The notes beneath the pieces were generated by a model. It searched no databases. It had not been told where the DNA came from and worked only from the letters and a program-made list of their open reading frames with translations. Below are positions 8,514 to 19,102 of a stretch of DNA of 63,961 bases, in pieces. Made by a program: the position numbers and the translations under genes. The stretch is taken from NCBI GenBank assembly GCA_030264375.1, contig JASCQW010000043.1:109702146-109766106 (forward strand). Direction: 5' to 3'. This stretch comes from Carcharhinus longimanus (taxonomy: Eukaryota). Positions within the stretch are counted from its first letter, which is position 1; the number at the start of each line of letters is the position of its first letter.

Positions 8514-11500
8514 GTAGGAGAAACCAAACCGTGGCATCCACTATTGAGAAAGACTCAGGGTATTGGAAGCATATCTAAATGTAAAAAGTTACTGCACTAG
8601 GGAACAGAAGAATCTACTCTAGTTGGCTTATTAGTGCACACAAAAAAAAATCTAATACAATTAAAAGGTACAGTGATTTTAAAATAAAGCACGCTTCAGC
8701 CTAATCTATCCTGTGTGATGGGTTTGTAAGTATATTTGTTTTTACATTTTAACTTCTTTTTGTTATGCATTAATTTAAATTTGTGCTTTACATTTTTCTT
8801 TTGTTATTTTTGTTTCATTTAACTTTGTCATGACTTGATTGCTTGGTGTGCTACTAATCAGCAACAAGTAACTCCAAGCACTGGGGTGTGTGAATATATG
8901 CACTTCAATCCTGAGATGCAAGGGGTGGCGATAATATGTGTGTAAGCACTGACTTCACAAATAAAATACAATAAGCAGAGCACAATTGATTCTTTTTTTC
9001 TTTTCCTTCTTTATATATGTTTTGGAGATACCTGCAAATCCCTGCCACTCCAGTAATGAACTGGCTTTGAAAGCTGTCTTGTTTTCAGCTCGATTTGGTT
9101 CGAGACTCTGAAATCAGAACACAAAATCAGAATGTGGTTTTCGAAACTGTTGACAGCGTTCTCTTCCGATTACTTCAATCTGAGTGTCTCTCCACTTGTA
9201 GCCTTTATCAAATCCAAGAAATGACCACAATGAATTTTTACAATACTTTTCCATATAAGAAGTGTAATCGAGGATTGTTTAGGGGATGATGCAAAAAATA
9301 TGATTTTAATACATTTTCAATTACAAAGTAAAAGAAAAAGAAATTTTTAAAAAATCAATTTAACAGCTTCGAGCTCATTACTGCAGTGTAGGTGCTCCTA
9401 GGCTAAAACTAGCTTCTTCTTGGAATCTTGCCTTTATTTCCTGTTCTGTCTTTTAACAGTGGAGGGCTCGATGCTTGCAAACTATCCAGAAGATCAAGTG
9501 ATCTTGATTTCTAGATAATGGCATAAACTTGCTAGCATTAGGAAGGGTGAACTATTTGTTTCATCAAATGGACTGAAAATTTCAAAATGATGCTAGTTGT
9601 AGCTCTTGACACCATCTTAACATCAAACAAATGGTGATTTTGGAAGTTGAGGTAGGAAGGCTTAATCAGAGCTAGATAAAATGTACTAGTAGCAGTTGNN
9701 NNNNNNNNNNNNNNNNNNNNNNNNNNNNNNNNNNNNNNNNNNNNNNNNNNNNNNNNNNNNNNNNNNNNNNNNNNNNNNNNNNNNNNNNNNNNNNNNNNNN
9801 NNNNNNNNNNNNNNNNNNNNNNNNNNNNNNNNNNNNNNNNNNNNNNNNNNNNNNTTGAAGTAACCAGAAAAAATCTGAAATGAATGAAGCTGCATTGTGG
9901 CCCTTGATTAATGTTATGTCTTATCTAACGCTCTGGTCATGGCTGCTGGTGCTTGTGCGCTTATGGGGTCAGACAGTGGTGCATGTTGGAGGAGAATGTG
10001 CATTGGGACGCATGGCAAGCTGTGGTCTGCTAAACTGGTCAGCGTTCCTGCTCTGTTATTCTCACTGATGCCTGTTGCTCAGAGAAACCGACTAAATTTA
10101 GAGTGTTGTGCTATTTATTTAGTACACGGCTTTCGAAAGCATGAGTAAACAGACTTATTGTTCAGTTTCTGTTTTTCTATAGAAAAAGAGATTACATTAC
10201 CTTGTCCTGCAAAATCTATATTAATATTGGCTGCTTATCGCTTTTCTTTTGTACCGTCTGCTCTTTTGTCTACAAATTGCTTGCTCCGTTACCCATGCTG
10301 CCAACCATCATTGCTCATGAGGTCATAATGGGTCACTAAAAAAAAACCCTTTGCAGCACTTCTTTTCCAAAACAGCTCTTGTATGTTGCAAAGATAATTA
10401 ATCTGGGGGAAAGGACTATAGTAGATACTTAGTAGCACATTTATGTGCAAAAGTATATTTTCAAATATTTTACCCGGTTTGAACTTTCTCCTTGGCCTAC
10501 GCTAGTGAATTACAAAGTAGGCTCAATCTACAATGTGTATATGTAACCAAGTTCAAAGTACTGACACAGGCATTTGAGCAAAACTTATTGTGTATACGAA
10601 GCAGGAACACTGATTGTAATAATGCTTTCTTAAACTTTGAGGCTTGTGTTCCCTGTGTGTGTGGTCCAGTCTCATCAATGTGCCAACGTGCTATATGTTT
10701 TAACTGGTTACATGACCTATTTGCAGTAATGCTGAGTGCAAATAACACTAACTTATTAATGTGGCTTGCACTAGCTTCTGCTTAATGTGAATGCATAGTC
10801 CATATGAATGCTGTTAGCCGAACCTTGCTTCTTGTCCTGGCTTTTCCGACTTTAGATTTAAACTGTAAACTACAGCACTAGCATATTCTAATATGCGCCT
10901 GTGAAGTTCCTTCCTCTTCCTTTCTTTCTGTTTCTCCTCACCTTCTCCCCACCTCCCCACCCCCCTCTTAGATCTTGGACTGTATTTTCAGTTTTGATTT
11001 TGTATTTCTTTTCAGTTGGTTTTATTTCTTTGATGTTTTTCCTTACCCCCTTTTCCTAAAATGTCTTCAGCATGGTGGTATATTACAGTCAGCCATATGC
11101 TTGCTTGCATGACCAGACCCCAGTTGAAGTACCAGGCTTTGCCTTGTTTTCTAATGTGCAAATGTGTTTACATGTTAGTGGTGAGGTCTTGAAGCTGCAT
11201 CCACCTTGACTGAGTCTGAAAGCAAACGAGTTGCACTTTCAATGTACTGTTGAAGACGTGTACCAGGGCTCTGATGTGACAATGTGGTCAAGCACATTTA
11301 CTCACATCAACTGGAAGTACGCAGCATTGAAGTTGGTTTTGTACTCAACTCAAGCATGCTGTCGATCCTCCAGTTCTTTCTTCTGTGCATATTTATTAAT
11401 ATATCTTCTGCATGGTGTTTGTGTATTGTTAGTCTGTAGTTTAGTCCATATGTGGGAACCTGATAGGTTTGATCTCAACTAATGTAAGATTAGAACTGAT

Positions 11501-11678
11501 GCAAACATAATTGAAAAATTCTATAAAAATTAGTTATTTTTACAAACCACTTAATGTCAGCTATGTAATTTAGTTCTATGTCGAAGCAAGTATCTGTAGA
11601 ATGCATGTAGTGCACATGGTTATGTGGACAAAGCCCTCTTTTTGTACATGTTATTACCTTTTTTGTGTTTTGTTACAG

Positions 11679-11948
11679 TCCGCCGTGTCCCACCAAGATT
11701 TTCTATCCCTCCGACAAGTCACGAGATCATGCCTGGTGGAAGTGTCAATATAACCTGTGTTGCCGTGGGTTCCCCAATGCCTTATGTGAAATGGATGCTG
11801 GGAGCAGAAGACCTGACTCCTGAAGATGACATGCCCATTGGGCGAAACGTCCTGGAGCTGAACAACGTCAGAGAGTCTGCAAATTACACGTGTGTTGCCA
11901 TGTCAACCCTTGGAGTCATAGAAGCATTTTCTGAGGTCACTGTTAAAG
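11679..11948 (+). CDS. PTPRD: Coding exon, Ig3 ([27 protein letters not shown]...[12 protein letters not shown])
   Basis: ttttgttacag|TC ... AAAG|gtgaat; 270 nt. VPPRFSIPP and [20 protein letters not shown] are PTPRD-type. Confidence 0.96.
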
Positions 11949-12140
11949 GTGAATAACGATCGCTCTTTAAAATTGCGGACCTGAAATAAACTTCATGTGT
12001 CGCTACTTCCAGCGAGTGGCAGTCAGCCTCAGATTGTCACTTTACTGCCAGATACTTACCTTAAAAAGAAGCCACTCCTTTCTCGCTTGACCTTCCAGCT
12101 CAGCTCGGGTGAGAAAGATGCAGCAGGTTCCAGAGACATT

Positions 12141-12276
12141 GGGCAGAATGTTACGGCCATTCATGCCAACGGGATTTTTCCACCCCGCTGTCTTGAATGT
12201 GGATTTGGCTGGGCGCCAAATTCCCTGACTTCGCTGCAGCGTGAGCATGGTGTGAACGGCCAGTAGGGTCGAGCCC
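12141..12276 (+). mobile_element. ~140-bp palindromic MITE-like element
   Basis: Imperfect terminal inverted repeats (gggcagaatgttacggccattca / tgaacggccagtagggtcgagccc) and a central hairpin atttggc...gccaaat. Multiple copies in the window. Confidence 0.7.
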
Positions 12277-13145
12277 ACTGTGTTGAGAGCAGCTGAGGTG
12301 GAGGGAAGGAAGCCAAGCTCCTTTATGTTACATTACTAGCTGCCTTAAAGCAGGTAAGGTTAAATGTCCAGTCACCTTGAGAAGCCAAGGAAAAGATAAG
12401 TGGGTAGGATAGGGAAGGGATCGGATGGTCAGTGAGGTGGAGGGGTTGGGTCACTGGGAGGTGGAGGTCAGTCAAAGTTCGGGCCTTCTGTCGCAGAGAG
12501 AGCTGGGGGAAGGTTTCCATGTGGTCAGTGGAGGGGAGGGGTAGTTGGGGCTGGGGAAGACAGTCAGGTACTGAGGAAGTAGTTGAGGAGTGTAGATGTT
12601 GGGGGTGAGGCAAGGGTGGTCGGTGGGTTAGGGAGGACACTGTGGAGAGTCAGGTGGGCAGTAGAGGTGGGGGTTTGTCCGGGGTCCTGTGAGGCTTGGT
12701 GTTGGTCCAGTAGGAGAGCATATAATTAACCAGAATTTAGAAGTGATTTGAATTCTAACCTTTTCTGAGTAACGATTGTGGAAAGACGGTCGGGATCATC
12801 TGAAGCTTCCAGTTTAAATTGGGGTATTGGATCGTATCCATGCAGGGTAATTCAGAAATGTGAAATTTCTAAGCAATTGCTGAGCAGTCATTACATGGCG
12901 ACAGCCAGGGGATTCCCCAGTGCAGCTTTGGGATATATCCCAGAGCAGGAAAGTCATGGGTCTCTCTGGTGTTATTTATGCAAACTCCACCTTATCCATT
13001 GTATTGTAATACATGTTTATTCAGGTGAAACTGGAGGAAAATTCATAAATGAACTGGTGTTTAGTTACGGTAAGAAGCTGCATTGGTAAAATTGTAGAGT
13101 CTTCAAATTATTATCAGACTGGCACATTATACTCTCCAGTATTGA

Positions 13146-13375
13146 GGGGGGTCGGTTCGCTCAGTTGGCTTGTAGTGTTGGTTTCTGATGTGCAGCAACA
13201 CCGACAGCGTGGCTTCAGTTCCCATAGCGGCTGAGGTTATTCATGAAAACCCCACCTTCTCAATCTTGCCTCTCACCTGAGGTGTGATCATCAGGTTAAA
13301 TCACCACCAGTCAGCTCCCCCTTTAAAAAAAAGGGGAAAGCAGCCAATGGTCCTCTAGGACTTTGGTGACTTCCA
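13146..13375 (+). mobile_element. tRNA-headed SINE-like element
   Basis: A-box-like gctcagttggc and decayed B-box-like ggcttcagttcc, followed by a ~150-nt body. Single copy in the window, so the family is not verified. Confidence 0.5.
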
Positions 13376-13571
13376 TCTCATATTCCATTCAAATGCTGCT
13401 AAATCTTTTAATAATGTAAACGTGTAATAATCACTACAAGTTAATTACAGCATTGAACCTCTCATGTCAAAGCATTCGTTTTGTGTTGTAGGGTCGGTGA
13501 ATGCTGTTTAACTGTACTAATAAAGTTGTTAACATTATCTACAAGCTGACCTACCACGTTTTTATCTACAG

Positions 13572-14153
13572 CTTTGCCAAAACCCCCAGGCACCCCTGTT
13601 GTAACTGAAACTACAGCAACAAGTGTCACGTTGACTTGGGACTCGGGAAACCCAGAGCCCGTGGCTCACTATATCGTACAACACAAGCCCAAGTATTCAG
13701 ATACACCATTTCAGGAGATTGATGGGGTAGCTACAACACGATACAGTGTTGGAGGACTAAGCCCTTATTCAGATTATGAATTCAGAGTCATTGCAGTGAA
13801 CAATATCGGGCAAGGGCCACCAAGTGAACCGATAGAAACGCGAACTGGCGAGCAGGCCCCATCCAGCCCACCTCGTTCTGTACAAGCACGCATGCTAAGC
13901 ACCACCACCATGTTAATTCAGTGGGAGGAACCAGAGGAGGCAAACGGCCAGATCCGTGGATACAGAGTTTATTACACTATGGATCCTCAACAGCACATTA
14001 ACAACTGGCAGAAGCATAATGTGGACGACAGTATGCTGACAACAATTGCAAACTTGACCCCCGAAACAACTTACACCGTCCGCGTGCTGGCTTTCACTTC
14101 AGTTGGGGATGGACCACATTCACCTGAAATACAGGTTAAAACTCAACAAGGAG
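13572..14153 (+). CDS. PTPRD: Coding exon, FN3 repeats 1-2 ([13 protein letters not shown]...EIQVKTQQG)
   Basis: tttatctacag|CT ... GGAG|gtgcgt; 582 nt, phase 1-1. Contains two FN3 signatures (W...Y.L.P.T.Y.V.A). Confidence 0.96.
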
Positions 14154-14170
14154 GTGCGTTCTCTGTACTT

Positions 14171-14394
14171 TGATTTGATTTGATTTATTATTGGCACATG
14201 TATTAACATACAGTGAAAAGTATTGTTTTTTGCACGCGATACAGACAAAGCATACCGTTCATAGAGAAGGAAAGGAGAGAGTGCAGAATGTTGTGTTACA
14301 GTCATAGCTAGGGTGTGGAGAAAGATCAACATAATGCAAGGTAAGTCCATTCAAAAGTCTGACAGCAGCAGGGAAGAAGCTGTTCTTGAGTCGG
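14171..14394 (-). mobile_element. 5'-truncated LINE insertion (same family as 2220-2752) just downstream of the FN1-2 donor
   Basis: (tttga)n tail on the left; flanking direct repeat gtactt at 14165-14170 and 14395-14400. Confidence 0.8.
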
Positions 14395-14438
14395 GTACTT
14401 CTGCTGACTTGAGAGCTAATTTCGTAATTCACAGTCAT

Positions 14439-14564
14439 GGCCTTATCGCCCGTTCACGCCATGCGTAGATGGAGAATTTGGCGACAAGCCAAATCTTCAT
14501 TCTTCATTCACTGCGGTGGAATGGGAAAATCCCGCTGGCGTTAACAGTTGGAAAAATCCGGCCC
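14439..14564 (-). mobile_element. Palindromic MITE-like element, inverted relative to 12141-12276
   Basis: gaatttggcgacaagccaaatc hairpin; gggaaaatcccgctggcgttaac...aaaatccggccc end. Confidence 0.7.
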
Positions 14565-15499
14565 ACATTTTCCCGCTGTTAATTGTTAGATACTTTATAG
14601 ATGCTGCAATTACCCATATTCACAGTACCTTGTCAAAGATAACATTCATGGTGTGGTGTTTGCACGCTTCTCTGTTACAGTAACACCTGACATGGTTTAG
14701 TGTTGGGAGGACATTCATTCTCATTATTTTGTGCCTTGGTGGAGGAATGAAGGATTATGGCTAAACTTAGCTTAAAATGATTTTCCCCAAACTGTTCCTC
14801 CTCCAATGCAGAAACTCTATGGCCTTCTAAGCTGAAATGTGCAACATAAACAGCCCGACTGAGAATCTGGTAGAATTGAATGGATTAGAACACTGGAAGC
14901 ATCTTCACCTTCGTTTTGAATGAGTAACATGATACATTAGTACATGGAAAAACAAAGGTGCACAATCATTCAATCAACACAGTATGTCAGAAAACAAAAG
15001 TGACAGAATGGAAATACTCATCAACACAAGTTCAGCTTCATAGCTATGATTATTACCGTTATGAATTCACATTTCATGGACAAGTAAACACTTTTACAGA
15101 AGATAAAGTGAAATGAGATGTAAACAAAGGGACATTTTTGGGCTGCGAATGTATATGTCAGTTGTAGCTACATGGATTCGGAGTTGTCTCGGGAACAGAA
15201 AGATAAAGGTATCAGCAAACAGGTTGATGACAGGCAGGGTTTTGCAGCAAGGATCTGTGCTGTGTTTTTTCAAAAAACATTTAATGGAAGTGATTTTGAC
15301 TTGAGCACAACCAGATAACAGGCATGACACACATCGAAGATGAATGTAAGAGAGTATAGCAGAATGTAAATGATGAGGTGGGCAGATACATGGCAGTTGC
15401 AGTTCGTATAATGCTGTATGATATGTGGCTACTGAAACAGGGATTGCAATATCGTTTAAAAGGGAATTGGATAAGTAATGTTAAATGGGAGAATAACAT

Positions 15500-15790
15500 T
15501 AGTTTATTAGAGTCACACGTCGGCTTACATGAACACTGCAATGAAGTTACTGAGAAAATCTTCTACTTGCCACACTCCAGTGCCTGTTTAGATAGACTGA
15601 GGGAGAATTTAGCATGAACAGTGCCCTTAACCAGCACATCTTTTGGACTGTGGGAGGAAACGGGAGCACCAGGAGAAAACCCACGCAGACGTGGGGAGAA
15701 CTTGCAAACTCTGCAGAGACAATGACCCAAGTCAGGAATGAAAATCGAGTCCCTGACACTGTGAGGCAGCATTCCTAACCACTGTGCCAT
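15500..15790 (-). mobile_element. V-SINE, alternative-tail subfamily
   Basis: tRNA-like head and V core (ggaggaaacgggagcaccaggagaaaacccacgcagac). Tail is shared with 22690-23006 and 39150-39435. Confidence 0.8.
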
Positions 15791-17532
15791 CCAATAAGCG
15801 GGAAAAGGCAGGGGAACCAGGATAAGGGTAAATAATTCCAGTTATTGAACCAGAATTAACGCAGATATGAGGATCTCAGCAATCATTTTCTCTGCTGTCG
15901 TTCTATCACTTGCAGTTTATTTGGAAGTTTTAGTTTTGCTGATGTGGTTAGATTTTATTGATAAAAGTATAACGGTTAGTATGACATGATTTAAAATCAG
16001 TAAAATTCAAATATTTCGTTACTGTGGTGAAGAATACTGGTCTCTTTTGCTGGCTTTGCAAATTAATGGCATATTTTGATAAGTATTGGTGGATCTGAAA
16101 TTTACTGCCATAATTTGGTGAAGTTGCTTTAATAGTTGGTTGAGTTTACAATTTCTCTATACAATAAAAGTTTTAGTTACTAGACATTGAGAATTTGTCA
16201 ATGTATTTTGAAGGACTTGCACTTGATCAGTTTTACTGATGTATTTTGAATGATTTTCTTAATTTGAGGCAAGCACATTCTTGTAGCAATTCTTGTATGT
16301 ATGTAGATACAATAAATTGAAATAGAGTAGTTTGTTTTTTCAGTTGGGTGCTTTTGAACTCCAAGTGCCACACAGTCTTTTTTCTGTCCTACAAGTGGGA
16401 CTATAGACGCCCTAGCAAAACAAATTTTGTTGGAAAAGCTTCCATCAAATCAGTGGAGGAATTATGAGGGTTTTTCTTTTATTGAGAAATAGTTTTAAAA
16501 ATCCAGGTTTAGTAAAAAGCTGTCTGTATACTGGACGAACTAACCTTTGAAGATGGCTGTTTCAATGGATATTACTGGGAAACTAGGAGAATATTATTGC
16601 AACCAAGAATCTTTCAGTGCATATGTGGAGTGATTAGAAATGTTTTTCACTGCTAATAATATCCTCAAGTTCCTGACAACCTGATAATCAGGCAGTGGAG
16701 TAAAGGAAAAGGGTGATTTTTCTAACTAAAGCAGGCATAGGAGACAATCAAAAATCTGCTTGCCCCATTGAAGCTAAAAGATGTGCGAGTGTCAGATATT
16801 TTATGTGAGTTTGAGGAGTGCTACTTCCCANNNNNNNNNNNNNNNNNNNNNNNNNNNNNNNNNNNNNNNNNNNNNNNNNNNNNNNNNNNNNNNNNNNNNN
16901 NNNNNNNNNNNNNNNNNNNNNNNNNNNNNNTGATCTTATTGAATGGCGGGGCAGGCTCGAAGGGCTAGATGGCCTACTTCTGCTCCTATTTCTTATGTTC
17001 TTATGTAAACCTACTTGGCAATCACTTTGTGGAAATGCCTTCAAACAGACCAAGTCACTGGAGAGCCAGATGCAGAATGATGCCATCTGCCACATGGAAA
17101 CCCGTCATTAACACACAGAGTAGAGCAAGAACAACCACTGACTGACTGTATCGGTCAACTACACTCTTGAGTCTGCCTCCATTTCCTTCCACATATGCTG
17201 TGGTGCTGACTATTGGAGTAGCAAATAAGACCACCCTCTTTCCAATCACTTTGTGCAGCACCATTACTGATATACCAGCCATCAAACATACAGACAAGTT
17301 CTGGGTTACTCCATTACTAGACCACACCCACAGAGTCATGCGGCCACATGTGATTTTTTTTTTCGCTGTGGTTTTCTTTCCGCCCTTTTGTCTTTCTTCC
17401 CTATTTCAACATTTTTGTGCATGATATAAATTGTTTTTGTCTCCCTCTGTGCAGCCATCGCCTTTCAATATCCATATCATTTTAAATTGTATATGTTATA
17501 ATTTTCTGACACCCTTCCCAGCCCTACCCTAT

Positions 17533-17830
17533 CAACAATAATTTACATTTCTATAGCGCCTTTAATGGTAGAAGACATTCCAAGAAGCTTCGCCGGAGCT
17601 TTGTTAAACATTTTGACAGTGAAACATGGAGCAGATGTAAGAACAGATGAGCCACAGCTTGGGCAAAGAGACTGGCTTTTGAGAGTCTCCAAAAGAAGGT
17701 GGACAGCTTCAAGAAGGAACTCCAGAGTTTAGGGCCTAGGAAGCTGAAGGCACAGCTGCCAATTGTAGGGCCATTAAAATTGGTGATGTGCACAAAACCA
17801 GAATTGGAGCAGTGGAGAACTGTCAGACGG
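17533..17830 (-). mobile_element. L2-like LINE 3' fragment
   Basis: Minus-strand [12 protein letters not shown] motif; tail aaaggcgctatagaaatgtaaattattgtt. Confidence 0.6.
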
Positions 17831-17859
17831 AGTCAGAACTTGGAGAAGTTACAGAGGAA

Positions 17860-18134
17860 CTTTATAAGAGCCTTGTCAGACCCCACTTGGAGTACTGTGC
17901 GCAGTTCTGGTCGCCTCACTACAGGAAGGATGTGNNNNNNNNNNNNNNNNNNNNNNNNNNNNNNNNNNNNNNNNNNNNNNNNNNNNNNNNNNNNNNNNNN
18001 NNNNNNNNNNNNNNNNNNNNNNNNNNNNNNNNNNTACAGATAGTTCTATGGCTTGGTAGGTATAGATGTGATCGGTGCAACTTGTGGGCCGAAGGGCCTG
18101 TTTGCGCTGTATAGCGTTCTATGTCCTATGTTCT
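17860..18134 (+). mobile_element. CR1-clade LINE fragment spanning a gap
   Basis: [25 protein letters not shown], then tail gggccgaagggcctgtttgcgctgtatagcgttctatg. Confidence 0.8.
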
Positions 18135-18234
18135 AGGAAGGCAGGCTGCAGGCCATACAGGGAATTGAAAGTAAAATGAAAATTTTGCCACAATCCATAG
18201 GCACCAGTCTATCAAGTTGCAAAATAACTGATTA

Positions 18235-18637
18235 GCACCCTATCCATAAGCATCCTCTCCTTCCACTGGAGCACAGTATATGCCATGTTTATCATATGCA
18301 AGATGCACTTAAGGGACTCGCCAAGGATCCTTAGACAACATCTTCTAAATCCCCATCCGTGATCATCTAGGAGGACAAGAGCAACAGACACATGGGAACA
18401 CCACAACCTGGAAGTTCCCCTCCAAACCACTCACCATTCTGACTTGGAAATATATTGCCATTACTTCACTGTCGCTGGATCAAAATCCTTAACAGCACTG
18501 AGGATGTATCCACACATCAGAGACTGCAGCTGTTCAGTGGGGCAGCTCAGCACCATCTTCTCAAGGGCAATTAAGGATGAGCAATAAATTTTGGCCTAGC
18601 CCAGCGATACCATATTCCATCGACAAGTAAAAAAAAG
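18235..18637 (+). mobile_element. LINE 3' end sharing its tail with the second SINE family
   Basis: Tail gcagctcagcaccatcttctcaagggcaattaaggatgagcaataaat. Homologous to 42195-42988 and 45360-45537. Confidence 0.75.
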
Positions 18638-19102
18638 TTGTACCATTAGATATTACGTTTGGGATTTTTCACTCCCATTTATGTTGGGCGGTTTTGATGA
18701 TGGAAGTGGAAATTATTGTGTAAAGTTCAAAGTTGTGTTTTACATTGAAGCAAGCTCATGACGTGTTTGTCCCTTCCTCCTGTCAATTACATTCAACATT
18801 GGGAGCCTCATTTGAATGCATTACCATGTATTTATCAGGCCTAAATGTCAGAATCACCCATCCCTACCAAATCGTCCATCCTCACCAGCATGACAGCGCA
18901 ACAGCGTGAAGCTTGATTGGTCTCTGAAGGTGTGCCTCGACAATGCCGGGGGTGCCCAGGTAGTACTGAGAAGGGGGTTCCAGGGTTAACTGGATTGGTC
19001 ACTGTCTGCTGGGGCAGCCATTAAAAATGGCGCCCCAATCCTTGTGTTTCTCAGCTACGGCGCAGGTGAATCAGAGGCCCCGCCCAGCAGCAATACGTCC
19101 TT

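Noticed and set aside
8862-8867. 6-nt microexon candidate cag|CAACAA|gtaact
   Set aside because: Weak donor, no pyrimidine tract next to the AG, and no resemblance to known LAR-RPTP inserts.
9460-9518. Cryptic terminal exon VEGSMLANYPEDQVILISR* after a good acceptor (ttttaacag)
   Set aside because: No convincing donor or nearby poly(A) signal, and such acceptors are common by chance in this T-rich intron.
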